Below are positions 1-9,374 of a DNA stretch of 64,000 bases, piece after piece. Every line of letters starts with the position of its first letter. The first letter of the stretch is position 1. Origin of the DNA: Candidatus Nomurabacteria bacterium (GTDB taxonomy: Bacteria > Patescibacteriota > Minisyncoccia > Phycocordibacterales > UBA9973); contig JAPLXS010000006.1 in NCBI GenBank assembly GCA_026395965.1, positions 10,851 through 74,850 of the forward strand, in the 5' to 3' direction. The notes under the pieces were generated by a model. The model saw only the letters and a program-made list of their open reading frames with translations. It was not told the origin of the DNA and ran no database searches. Made by a program: the position numbers and the translations under genes.

Positions 1-27
1 CTAATACAAAAATAGGAATATTTTTAA

Positions 28-69
28 ATCTTAACTCGCTTTGCGCTATAGCGTAAAGCGAGTTAAGAT
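28..69. terminator. Long near-perfect hairpin (19-bp arms, one G/T mismatch) followed by a short T run on the plus strand. Possible intrinsic terminator of a gene upstream of the window.
   Basis: atcttaactcgctttgcgc / gcgtaaagcgagttaagat inverted repeat read directly. It is followed by ttttcc. Confidence 0.3.
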
Positions 70-172
70 TTTCCAAAGAATCAATAACTATAAAATATCG
101 GAATTGCCCACCAACACGTAAGGTTGAATAATCTTTTATATCTACATATTCTTGAATAATCATATATTGCAA

Positions 173-192
173 TTATATCATATGTGATATAA
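173..192. promoter_or_regulatory. Palindrome ttatatca-tatg-tgatataa about 40 bp upstream of the HTH-MurA start. Candidate operator overlapping the -10 region.
   Basis: 8-bp perfect inverted arms with a 4-bp spacer, seen in sequence. Its position next to an XRE-type HTH gene suggests autoregulation. Confidence 0.3.
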
Positions 193-229
193 AATATTAA
201 GTAGATTAATATTAATTATATATAAAAAA

Positions 230-1744
230 ATGCTCAAAAAGCAAACAGAACAGCAAAAGATTGGATATTTTATAAAAGAGCTCAGAGAGCGTCGTAATAT
301 GACACAAGATGCATTTGCGAAAGCACTAGAAACATCTCAGAGTGCTGTTGCTCGTATGGAAAAAGGTGAACAAAATTTTAGCACCGAAATACTAGGAAAA
401 ATAAGTGAGGTATTAAATCATCAAATTGTTTCTATAAATAATTCAATAGACTTTCAGATAAACGGTGGTAGAAAATTACACGGAAGCATAAACACGAATT
501 TCTCTAAAAATGGCTCGGTTGGTCTTCTTTGTGCTTCACTACTAAACAAAGGAAAGACTACTCTTCATGGTATTGCACGAATAGAAGAAGTTTATAGAGT
601 AATAGAATTGATTGAAAGCATCGGAGTTTCTGTAAAGTGGATCAATCATAATTCAGTATTAGTTACTCCTCCAGTTAAGTTTAATATGGATAAGATAAAC
701 GTAGAATCCGCCATAAGAACTCGCTCTGTTATCATGCTTATAGGCCCTCTAATACACCTATTGCCTATGTTCTCTATCCCCCATGCTTCAGGATGCAAAC
801 TAGGCAAAAGGACGATAAGTGCCCATACTTATGCGCTTGAAGATTTGGGAGTTAAAATAAAAACATTAAATACTGAATATAAAATTGAAAGCAAAAAATT
901 AAAACCTGCAGATATTGTAATGTATGAAGCTGGAGATACTGCATGTGAAAATATCTTGACTGCTGTATCAAAAATAAATGGCATCTCAACTATTCGATTT
1001 GCTAGTGCAAACTATATGGTTCAAGAAATATGTTTTTTCTTAGAAAAACTCGGTGTAAAAATAGATGGAATCGGAACATCAACTCTTGTAGTGCATGGAG
1101 TTAAAGATATAAATACTGATATAGAATATTACAATAGTGAAGACCCTATAGAATCTATGATGTTTATCTCTGCTGCTATTGCAACTGATTCAGAGCTCAA
1201 AATATTACGTTGCCCTATAGATTTTCTCTCTCTTGAAATAGAAAAACTAAAACGAATGAGATTAAAATACAAAATTCTTAAAAAGTATAAATCCTACAAC
1301 GAGAGAACAAATCTAGTTGATTTACAAATATTTCCATCTAAGCTCGTAGCACTTGAAGATAAAATCCACGCAAATCCTTACCCCGGTGTAAATATGGATA
1401 ACCTTCCATTCTTTGTACCTATCGCGATAAAAGCAAAAGGACAAACCATGATTCATGATTGGGTGTACGAAAATCGTGCTATATACTTTACAGAGCTCAA
1501 TAGACTAGGTGCTAGCGTCACCCTTGCTGACCCACATAGAGTATATATACAAGGAGGAACCCCTCTTAAAGAGGCTCAAGTAGTTTGCCCTCCTGCACTA
1601 CGTCCTGCCATGATAATACTCATAGGAATGCTGGGAGCACAAGGTACATCTATTTTGCGTAATGTATATATGATCAATCGTGGATACGAAGAGATAGCAG
1701 AAAGACTAAACTCCATAGGTGCTGATATAAAGATAATAAAATAA
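230..1744 (+). CDS. murA: UDP-N-acetylglucosamine 1-carboxyvinyltransferase (MurA/EPSP-synthase fold) with an N-terminal XRE-family helix-turn-helix extension of about 70 aa.
   Basis: Residues 10-65 (MTQDAFAKALETSQSAVARMEKGEQNFSTEILGKISEVL) are a typical XRE HTH. From INGGRKLHGSINTNFSKNGSVGLL onwards the protein aligns along the MurA family. The active-site Cys is retained (ASGCKLGKR, compare E. coli GGCTIGAR). ENRAIYFTELNRLGA and INRGYEEIAERLNSIGADI match conserved MurA C-terminal motifs. Confidence 0.75.
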   Translation: MLKKQTEQQKIGYFIKELRERRNMTQDAFAKALETSQSAVARMEKGEQNFSTEILGKISEVLNHQIVSINNSIDFQINGGRKLHGSINTNFSKNGSVGLLCASLLNKGKTTLHGIARIEEVYRVIELIESIGVSVKWINHNSVLVTPPVKFNMDKINVESAIRTRSVIMLIGPLIHLLPMFSIPHASGCKLGKRTISAHTYALEDLGVKIKTLNTEYKIESKKLKPADIVMYEAGDTACENILTAVSKINGISTIRFASANYMVQEICFFLEKLGVKIDGIGTSTLVVHGVKDINTDIEYYNSEDPIESMMFISAAIATDSELKILRCPIDFLSLEIEKLKRMRLKYKILKKYKSYNERTNLVDLQIFPSKLVALEDKIHANPYPGVNMDNLPFFVPIAIKAKGQTMIHDWVYENRAIYFTELNRLGASVTLADPHRVYIQGGTPLKEAQVVCPPALRPAMIILIGMLGAQGTSILRNVYMINRGYEEIAERLNSIGADIKIIK

Positions 1745-1751
1745 ATGAATC

Positions 1752-1790
1752 AAAAAAAGATGCAAGGCCTTACGGCTTTGCATCTTTTTT
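1752..1790. terminator. Bidirectional intrinsic terminator between convergent murA and eno.
   Basis: aagatgcaa...ttgcatctt stem flanked by an A-tract and a T-tract. Confidence 0.6.
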
Positions 1791-1802
1791 AATTAAAATA
1801 AA

Positions 1803-3122
1803 TTAAATTTTAAAAGCTTTTTTCCCTAGAAATATAGCTTTGCTCCCTAGTGATTCTTCTATTCTTAACAATTGATTGTATTTAGCAACTCTCTCACTAC
1901 GACAAAGTGATCCTGTTTTTATTTGACCAGTTCCAAGACCTACAACAAAATCTGCAATAGTTGTATCCTCAGTTTCTCCTGAACGATGAGAAACTACTGA
2001 GGTATAACCTGCTTTCTTTGCCATATTTATAGCATCGATTGTTTCAGATATAGTTCCTATTTGATTCAATTTAATCAAAATAGAATTAGCAGACTTTTCA
2101 GCTACACCACGAGAAAGTCTTGTGATATTTGTAACAAATAAATCGTCTCCTACTATTTGAATTTTCTTTCCTATCTTTTTTGTCATCAAAGACCATGCAC
2201 TCCAATCATCCTCAGCCAATCCGTCTTCTATAGAAACTATTGGATATTTGTTTACCCAATTTTCATAAAAGGCTATCATTTCGCTACTATCAAGCTTCTT
2301 CCCCTCTGTATCTAAATTATATTTACCATCTTTATATAGTTCACTTGCTGCTGCATCTATGGCAATACTTATATCTTTCCCTGATGTATAGCCAGCATTT
2401 TTAATAGCTTCAAGTATTATTTCAATAGCGGCTTCATTTGAAGGTAGTGAAGGAGCGTATCCGCCTTCATCCCCTACGGAAGTATTTAATTTCTTTGCTT
2501 TCAAAATCTTTTTCAACTCATGAAATACTTCAGATCCCCATTGTAGTGCTTGTTTAAATGATGCCGCTCCTATTGGCATAATCATAAATTCTTGAATATC
2601 CGTAGAATTTTCTGCATGACTGCCGCCATTTAATATATTCATCATCGGTACTGGAATATACACATCTTTTGTTTTTGATATATCTTTAAAATATTTCCAA
2701 AGTGGCTTATTTTCTGAAACTGATTTTGCTTTTGCAAATGCGATAGATACGCCCAATATTGCGTTAGCACCCAAATTACCTTTATTTTCAGTTCCATCAA
2801 GTTCAATCATAGCTAAATCTAAGGTCTTTTGATTCCAAATTTTACCTTTTATTTTTTTTGCTATAATGTCGTTTACATTTGAAACTGCTTTCAGAACTCC
2901 TTTGCCTCCGTATCTTTTTTTACCAGCTTTATTTTTCAAAGATTTGTCTTCATCTCTTAGCTCCACTGCTTCATGACTTCCAGTTGATGCACCAGATGGA
3001 ACTCCAGCTCTACCAAAAGATGCATCAGAAAGAGTAACTTCTACTTCAATAGTAGGATTACCTCTTGAATCAAGTATTTCACGTGCCCAAACTTTTGCTA
3101 TTTTAACTTCTTTTTTGTCCAT
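1803..3122 (-). CDS. eno: Enolase (phosphopyruvate hydratase).
   Basis: N-terminus [22 protein letters not shown] and [28 protein letters not shown] are canonical enolase signatures. Full length. Confidence 0.95.
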   Translation of the reverse strand: MDKKEVKIAKVWAREILDSRGNPTIEVEVTLSDASFGRAGVPSGASTGSHEAVELRDEDKSLKNKAGKKRYGGKGVLKAVSNVNDIIAKKIKGKIWNQKTLDLAMIELDGTENKGNLGANAILGVSIAFAKAKSVSENKPLWKYFKDISKTKDVYIPVPMMNILNGGSHAENSTDIQEFMIMPIGAASFKQALQWGSEVFHELKKILKAKKLNTSVGDEGGYAPSLPSNEAAIEIILEAIKNAGYTSGKDISIAIDAAASELYKDGKYNLDTEGKKLDSSEMIAFYENWVNKYPIVSIEDGLAEDDWSAWSLMTKKIGKKIQIVGDDLFVTNITRLSRGVAEKSANSILIKLNQIGTISETIDAINMAKKAGYTSVVSHRSGETEDTTIADFVVGLGTGQIKTGSLCRSERVAKYNQLLRIEESLGSKAIFLGKKAFKI

Positions 3123-3146
3123 AATTTTATTTAATTAATTAATAAT

Positions 3147-4565
3147 TTATATAGTTTCAACTGTAATCATATTCGTAGAACCACTTCTTTTGTTGAAAGG
3201 CATTCCTCCCGTAATAACAATTATATCTCCTTTTTGTACAATTTTTGTTTTTAAACAATAATCCTTTATGTGCTTTGTAGTTTCTTTAAAAGAACCAAAA
3301 GATGGGATAAGCACAGGAACACACCCAAAAGAAATAGATATCTGATTTGCAGTAATTTGATTTGGTGTCAGAGTAAGTATTGTTTGCAATGGTTTATAGC
3401 GAGAAACCATTCTTGCAGTGTAGCCAGTTTCAGTTAAAGCTACTATAAATTTTGCGCCTAGGCTTGATGCTGTTTTGACAACTGCTTCAGTAATAGAATC
3501 AGTAATTTCTCTACTCTCATCTTCATTTTTATTTTCACTCAACTTTCTAACTGGATAATGATGCTCTATTTCAAAAGCCACTTTTGACATTATATTTACT
3601 GCTTCTAGTGGATATTCACCCAATGTTGTTTCTTCTGAAAGCATTATGGCGTCTGTACCATCCAAAATAGCATTTGCAATATCAGATACTTCAGCACGAG
3701 TTGGTACTGGAGATTTTATCATTGATTCAAGCATTTGAGTTGCAGTAATAACAATCTTGCCTGCGTCATTACATTTCTTTATTATCATCTTTTGGATCAA
3801 TGGTACTTTTTCTGCTGGTACTTCGATAGCGAGATCGCCACGAGCAACCATAAGACCATCGCATAGCTCAAGTATTGCATCAATATTTTTAACAGCTTGA
3901 GGTGTTTCTATTTTTGCAATTATTCTTGCTTTTGATTTTCTTTTATTTAAAATATTACGAAGTTCTGTGACATCACTAGGATTTCTTATAAATGAAAAAG
4001 CAAAGAAATCAACTTTATTTTTTAATCCAAATTCAATATCCTTAATATCTTTTTCAGTTAAACAACTCATTGAAATTTCGGAATCAGGCAAGTTAACTCC
4101 TCTGCGTCCTTTTGTGATACCACCTACTACTATTTTACATAGAACTTCTTTACCTTTTATACTTATAACTTCAAATCTCTTCTTTCCATCGTCTACCATT
4201 ATATTGTCACCTGCTTTTACTTCTTTTGGAAATAGTGGATAGTTTATAGAAACATTTTTTTCATCCCCAACAATCTTTTCTGTTGTTATAGTAATAGTAT
4301 TACCCTTTTTAAGCTCAACTGTCTCTTGATAAAACTCTCCTAGTCTTATTTTAGGACCTGAAAGATCTTGCATAATAGCGCCGATAATACCAGTTTTCTT
4401 CATAGCACTTCTGAAATTATCAACTTTTTCTTGATGTTCTTTAAAATCACCATGAGAAAAATTTAAACGCATAACATTTAAACCTGCTTTTAGAAGCTTT
4501 GTTAGCATTTCTTCAGAAGATGTGGCTGGACCTATAGTAGCTACGATTTTTGTTTTTTTAAACAT
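3147..4565 (-). CDS. pyk: Pyruvate kinase. The start is moved to the internal ATG (MFKKTKIVATIGP); the 22-aa upstream extension in the ORF track is unlikely to be real.
   Basis: MFKKTKIVATIGPATSS...MRLNFSHGDFKEH is a pyruvate kinase N-terminus. The cat at 4563-4565 gives the ATG on the minus strand. Confidence 0.9.
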   Translation of the reverse strand: MFKKTKIVATIGPATSSEEMLTKLLKAGLNVMRLNFSHGDFKEHQEKVDNFRSAMKKTGIIGAIMQDLSGPKIRLGEFYQETVELKKGNTITITTEKIVGDEKNVSINYPLFPKEVKAGDNIMVDDGKKRFEVISIKGKEVLCKIVVGGITKGRRGVNLPDSEISMSCLTEKDIKDIEFGLKNKVDFFAFSFIRNPSDVTELRNILNKRKSKARIIAKIETPQAVKNIDAILELCDGLMVARGDLAIEVPAEKVPLIQKMIIKKCNDAGKIVITATQMLESMIKSPVPTRAEVSDIANAILDGTDAIMLSEETTLGEYPLEAVNIMSKVAFEIEHHYPVRKLSENKNEDESREITDSITEAVVKTASSLGAKFIVALTETGYTARMVSRYKPLQTILTLTPNQITANQISISFGCVPVLIPSFGSFKETTKHIKDYCLKTKIVQKGDIIVITGGMPFNKRSGSTNMITVETI

Positions 4566-4693
4566 AAAATAAGATTGTCTATTTAATAATAAAAGATAAA
4601 GATACTTAAAAGTAAAATTACGCAAAAACATTATATCATAAACTAGATTTATATGAATAATTTATATTATATTTTAAAAACGATAGAAAATAA

Positions 4694-5461
4694 CTAAATT
4701 TTTCTAACTTCAATACACATAAACATGGGTATTTCTTTACGAGCTTTATCTTCTGCTAGTTGGCGAGGACCTGAGCCACTTTGTTTGTGGGATATCCATT
4801 CTTCAAGACGAGTTATAGCAAAATTATTTTTAGATAGTAATTTCATATAAAACTGGAGTGAACGATGAAAAGATATTGTATTTATTTTCTTCTTAATATT
4901 TTTTTCTCCCGGGGTCATATCTATAGACAATTTAGATTCGGAAAGGTATTTATGAATTATTCTTGATTGTATTCCATTTTCAAAATACCAGTCACTACCT
5001 TGAGGTACTCTGAAAGCTGGATGATTTAGAACCAAAACAATACGTCCATTTTTTTTAAGAATCCTATTGCACTCAGCAAAAACATCACCAACATTTTCGA
5101 TGTTTTGAATAGCTAAAACTACAACAACAGTATCAATAGTATTGTCTTTTAGAAACTGAGATCTATGTGCTGGAGATATATAAAATGATATTTTTTCTTT
5201 AGAATTCTTTTTGGCAGTTTCAATAAGTTTTTTGGATAAATCAGAAGCTACAACATTTGCTCCTTCATGGGCAAAAATATTAGCAAAATAACCCTGACCA
5301 CAAGCAAGGTCGAGTACTGTTTCTCCTTTATTTAAATTAAGAAATCTTAACAGATTTGGCAAAATAACTTTAGCTTGATAACTATCATCATTTTTCAATA
5401 ACTCGTCGTACCAATCAGCTACTTTGTTCCAAGATGTATCATTATTTTTGGATATTTTCAT
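4694..5461 (-). CDS. Class I SAM-dependent methyltransferase (UbiE/SmtA-like). Substrate unknown.
   Basis: Motif I VLDLACGQGYFANIF and overall length. Confidence 0.65.
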   Translation of the reverse strand: MKISKNNDTSWNKVADWYDELLKNDDSYQAKVILPNLLRFLNLNKGETVLDLACGQGYFANIFAHEGANVVASDLSKKLIETAKKNSKEKISFYISPAHRSQFLKDNTIDTVVVVLAIQNIENVGDVFAECNRILKKNGRIVLVLNHPAFRVPQGSDWYFENGIQSRIIHKYLSESKLSIDMTPGEKNIKKKINTISFHRSLQFYMKLLSKNNFAITRLEEWISHKQSGSGPRQLAEDKARKEIPMFMCIEVRKI

Positions 5462-5520
5462 ATTTTTGATTATAGCATTTATTTAAATTTTGGTCTTTAA
5501 AATAGATAAATAATTCAATT

Positions 5521-5540
5521 TTTAGACGTCCAACGTCTAA
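5521..5540. repeat. REP-like palindrome tttagacgtccaacgtctaa, copy 1.
   Basis: Read directly from the sequence. Confidence 0.5.
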
Positions 5541-5590
5541 TATATTTAAAAGGTAGTCGAAAAATATGCTTATAAAATAAGGTATATTTT

Positions 5591-5613
5591 TTTAGACGTT
5601 GGACGTCTAAAAA
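5591..5613. repeat. REP-like palindrome tttagacgttggacgtctaaaaa, the reverse complement of copy 1. Together they form an 89-bp inverted structure.
   Basis: The arms at 5522-5540 and 5592-5610 are exact reverse complements. Confidence 0.5.
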
Positions 5614-5621
5614 TCTAACGG

Positions 5622-7100
5622 TTATTCAACTATAGACATATCTTCAGGTCGAATTTCAGAACCTACATAATCAGCTTTATTGTCCTTTCTTTTTATCATT
5701 AAAAAAGCAGCTATACCCATACCAACAATTATAGTTAGGCCAATAAACGCATAAGTCCCATTTGAAACATCAACTCCAGATTGCGATGCATTTGCAGATA
5801 AGTCATTTAGATTTATTATTTGAGAATCTTTAGATTGAGAATTATTATTTATTTCATTTAAAATAGCAGGGTTATCATTTTTTTGATTATTAAATTGTGA
5901 ATTTTTCTGTACAGACTTTTTTGCAATAGTCGGATAAGAAGCTATAACTTCTTTTTTAATATTTGTTATTACAACTGAACCGATATCTTCTCCTGTAAAT
6001 CCAGTTATTTTAGGTGATAATTTTATTTTCTTTCCAGGCAAAAGTGTTGTGCCTTCTGGAATGATAAAATAATGAGTTCCAGCTGTCACTATCCAATTTG
6101 AAAGAGTGATGTCGTAATTGGATTTATTTTCAAGTTCAATAAAAGGATTTGTCTCATCTCCAACTGAACTTATATAAATTTCAGATGCTACAACTTTTAT
6201 AATAATTCTATTTGTAGCATCGGCTTGTTTATTGAAATTATTACTATAATAAGAAAGCGTCATTGAATATTCACCAGGATATTCATAAGTATATTCAAAT
6301 GGACCAGCTCCATTTACTTGATTAATCATCCCATTTCCAAAATTCCAAACCATTTTACCAAAAGCATAAGTATCTCCTTTGTTTGTAGTAGTTTGAGAGC
6401 TAAACAAAAAAGGAATTCCAGCTACGACAATTTTAGGTGATATTATTTTTGTTGTTACTTTTAAAACTCCTGAATCTTTATTGGAAACATTAGAGCTTGT
6501 GCTGATTGAATTTGAATTAGAATAAACAGTATCACTTGTGCTATTTGTACTCGTAACTGCATCCGTATTTGGATTTGTATTACTTTGGTTGGTTCTTCCT
6601 GGTGTTGGCATACCACTACCCCATTCTCCATTTATTTTAGACAATGAACTTTTTGACGCTTTACTTCCTCCGTTTGCAACATCATATGTCGTATAATCCA
6701 ATATTGTTTTATTGGCATCAGAAATAGCTATATAAGTGTTGTCTCCACTATCAGGCAATGAAAGTGCAGATGAGCTAAATATCATATCTGAAAAATTTAA
6801 CCAACTATAATCAGATAAGCTTTTTGCGATAACAGCATATTTTGAAGGCTGCAAAATAGAAGTACTACCACTCTTTAAAGAAATAGGGCTTGAATTTGTT
6901 TCTCCATGAAAAAATCTATATTTATTTAAATCAACAGGAGTAGAACCATTATTATATATTTCCACCCATTCATAATTCGAACCACCTTCTGGAGAATACA
7001 TAATCTCGCTAATTTCAATATTAGCATAAGCAAAATTTACCCAAGAAAAAAATATGGTAAATAAAATAATATTTTGTTTTGATGTTTTTGTTAAAAACAT
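5622..7100 (-). CDS. Secreted, membrane-anchored surface protein: signal peptide, lamin-tail domain (LTD), S/T/N-rich linker, PKD-like domain, second LTD, C-terminal TM helix.
   Basis: NIEISEIMYSPEGGSNYEWVEIYNNGSTPVDLNKYRFF and EIYISSVGDETNPFIELENKSNYDITLSNWIV match the LTD motif. WNFGNGMINQVNGAGPFEYTYEYPGEYSMTL is PKD-like. Hydrophobic N- and C-termini. Confidence 0.6.
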   Translation of the reverse strand: MFLTKTSKQNIILFTIFFSWVNFAYANIEISEIMYSPEGGSNYEWVEIYNNGSTPVDLNKYRFFHGETNSSPISLKSGSTSILQPSKYAVIAKSLSDYSWLNFSDMIFSSSALSLPDSGDNTYIAISDANKTILDYTTYDVANGGSKASKSSLSKINGEWGSGMPTPGRTNQSNTNPNTDAVTSTNSTSDTVYSNSNSISTSSNVSNKDSGVLKVTTKIISPKIVVAGIPFLFSSQTTTNKGDTYAFGKMVWNFGNGMINQVNGAGPFEYTYEYPGEYSMTLSYYSNNFNKQADATNRIIIKVVASEIYISSVGDETNPFIELENKSNYDITLSNWIVTAGTHYFIIPEGTTLLPGKKIKLSPKITGFTGEDIGSVVITNIKKEVIASYPTIAKKSVQKNSQFNNQKNDNPAILNEINNNSQSKDSQIINLNDLSANASQSGVDVSNGTYAFIGLTIIVGMGIAAFLMIKRKDNKADYVGSEIRPEDMSIVE

Positions 7101-7106
7101 GAATTA

Positions 7107-9296
7107 TTATTCTAATACCTTACGAAGAACATCTTCTGGGACTTCTCTTTTGGCTTTTGGCTTTTGCCAGGCTATATTTTTATCTTCATCTTGTTTTATT
7201 TCTTTTTCTTCTTTTGATGGCTCTTCTTTTTTTACAATATGAATTTTATTGGATTCTTTTATTTCATCTATCTCTTTTTCAATCTTGGGTATTATCACAG
7301 GTTCTGATTTTACTGAAACTTCTTCTTTTATTTTTTTATCATTTATATCTGTATCTATTTTTTGAGACATAGCAGCTCTTGCAAGAACATCTTTTAATGA
7401 TGTTTTGTTCTCTTCTGATGCTTCTTTGGACGGTAGTGTACTTGAATACTTATTATTTGTATCATGTTTTTTAAGAGAAGAAAGAGATATTGGAGCTATA
7501 TTTGGAGCTATAGTCCCCTCTGTTATAATCTTTTCTTTAGCCGATTCAGTCTTTGCTTCTTTTGCTATTTGTTCTAAAAGCCCTTTTAGCAAAGGAGATG
7601 GTCCTGTATGTTTCTTTTTGTCTGCAACAGGAGCAGAAACAGTAGATGCAACAATAGGTTTTTGCACAAAAACCTTTGGGTTGGGTTGTGTATCTTTTTT
7701 AAAATTATTAGGAAAATTATTTTTTGAAGGAATCGTTGCTTTTACCTCAACTGGTTTAAATTCTATACCCAAAGCAGCAAGTGGTGCAGTCGAAACTTTT
7801 TCTTCTTGATTGGCAGAGCGAGATGCCACAAATCCAGTCTCTGGTTTTAACTCACCACTCTTAATTTTGAACATACATTCTTTACAGTAAACAGGCCTTC
7901 CTTCTTTTGGTTCAAAAGGAACCATTGTAGATTTTTTACAATTTGAACAATCTGCTTTGTATTTAGCATCACCTTCTCCAACTTGCAACATACCACTCCA
8001 TCTTGATATTTCGTTTTCAACCTCCTCTCTTGGACGAGTAAATAAATTACGTGAAGATTCTATTATTTTTTCTTTAACACCTTTCGAGACATCTATTTTA
8101 ATAGGAGGAAGAGTTGTAGCAGAAAATGGACGACTAGTAATACCATCGATCATAAGTTTTAGATAAATATTGTAGTTAGGAAGATTTACTAGATCCTGAG
8201 CTACAAATTCTGGTTCAAATTCTTTTTCTAGGAAATCAGCGTCATCTGCACCAACACGAAATACAATCATGGTACCTACGTTACCAAAAACAGCATCACG
8301 GACTTTTGAACCATCTTTATTTTCTAGTTGAGCGGTATACTGGTGAGCAACTGTTAGGTTGAGTCTGTATTTACGAGCTTCAGATAGAATATTTGCAAAT
8401 GAATCTGTTGCAAAGTTTTGGAATTCGTCAACATAAAGATAGAAGTCTTTTCTATCTTCTTCTGGTATACGAACACGCTCCATAGCAGCAAGCTGAATCT
8501 TTGTAATAATCATACCTCCTAAAAGAGCAGAGTTATCTTCTCCAATACGCCCCTTTGAAACGTTTACAAGGAAAATCTTTCCTTCATTCATTATTTTGAA
8601 AATATCAATCGTGGATTTTGGCTGACCTAAAACATTTCGAATAATAGAAGTAGAAAGAAACTGCCCTACTTTGTTTTGAATAGGAGCTATCGCTTCATTA
8701 CGAAATTGATCACGCCATTGTTCGTATTCATGAACCCAAAAAGCCTTTACTACTGGGTCTTTTAAGTTGGCTATTATCATCTGGCGATAGTCTTTATCTA
8801 CGAGCAATCTTGGAATACCAAGAAGAGTAGTTCCAGGAGTATCGAGCAGGGCGAGAATAGAATTATTTAAAATATATTCCATACGAGAACTCCAAGCATT
8901 GGCCCAAATCTTTGTGAAAATACCCATAAGACCAGAAGCTACTAAGTGCTTGTACTTTGGGTCGTCTATCTGAAGAACATTGAACCCAATATGAAAGTCT
9001 GTATCTGCTGGGTTGAAATATATAACATCTTTAATTCTATTGTCTGGAATAAGATGCAATATTTCTTCTACAAGTTCACCGTGTGGATCCACAACACAAA
9101 CACCCTCACCGTTTTGAATATTTTGAGCTATAAGGTTAGATAGAAGTACAGATTTACCAGTACCTGATTTTCCAAGTATATACATATGTTGACGACGGTC
9201 TTTTCTTTTTACGCCGAAAACATTATTGCTACTACGAAAATTCGTCTTAGCAAAATAAGTTATATCTCTATTTTGTGGAATTTCATCTTTGTCCAT
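7107..9296 (-). CDS. VirD4/TraG/TraD-like (coupling-protein-like, DUF87/AAA_10-type) P-loop ATPase with a C-terminal C4 zinc ribbon and a K/E-rich low-complexity tail. The family assignment is tentative.
   Basis: Walker A ILGKSGTGKS, the VVDPHGELV motif and Walker B-like FYLYVDEF. CSNCKKSTMVPFEPKEGRPVYCKEC is a CxxC-x17-CxxC ribbon. The terminal 200 aa are Lys/Glu-rich. A paralogue lies at 11012..12367. Confidence 0.6.
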   Translation of the reverse strand: MDKDEIPQNRDITYFAKTNFRSSNNVFGVKRKDRRQHMYILGKSGTGKSVLLSNLIAQNIQNGEGVCVVDPHGELVEEILHLIPDNRIKDVIYFNPADTDFHIGFNVLQIDDPKYKHLVASGLMGIFTKIWANAWSSRMEYILNNSILALLDTPGTTLLGIPRLLVDKDYRQMIIANLKDPVVKAFWVHEYEQWRDQFRNEAIAPIQNKVGQFLSTSIIRNVLGQPKSTIDIFKIMNEGKIFLVNVSKGRIGEDNSALLGGMIITKIQLAAMERVRIPEEDRKDFYLYVDEFQNFATDSFANILSEARKYRLNLTVAHQYTAQLENKDGSKVRDAVFGNVGTMIVFRVGADDADFLEKEFEPEFVAQDLVNLPNYNIYLKLMIDGITSRPFSATTLPPIKIDVSKGVKEKIIESSRNLFTRPREEVENEISRWSGMLQVGEGDAKYKADCSNCKKSTMVPFEPKEGRPVYCKECMFKIKSGELKPETGFVASRSANQEEKVSTAPLAALGIEFKPVEVKATIPSKNNFPNNFKKDTQPNPKVFVQKPIVASTVSAPVADKKKHTGPSPLLKGLLEQIAKEAKTESAKEKIITEGTIAPNIAPISLSSLKKHDTNNKYSSTLPSKEASEENKTSLKDVLARAAMSQKIDTDINDKKIKEEVSVKSEPVIIPKIEKEIDEIKESNKIHIVKKEEPSKEEKEIKQDEDKNIAWQKPKAKREVPEDVLRKVLE

Positions 9297-9330
9297 ATAT
9301 TGTTTTTATTATACTCTATTTTTTGTAAAT

Positions 9331-9358
9331 AAAAAAACACCACACGAGGTATGTGGTG
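9331..9358 (-). terminator. Intrinsic terminator downstream of the formyltransferase-like gene, in minus orientation.
   Basis: Stem caccaca/tgtggtg with a T-tract on the minus strand. Confidence 0.5.
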
Positions 9359-9374
9359 CTTAAATTAATTAATT

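Noticed and set aside
3147-4631. Longer pyruvate kinase ORF starting MFLRNFTFKYLYLLLLNRQSYF.
   Set aside because: The 22-aa extension is hydrophobic low-complexity and not part of any pyruvate kinase. The conserved N-terminus begins at the internal ATG at 4565.
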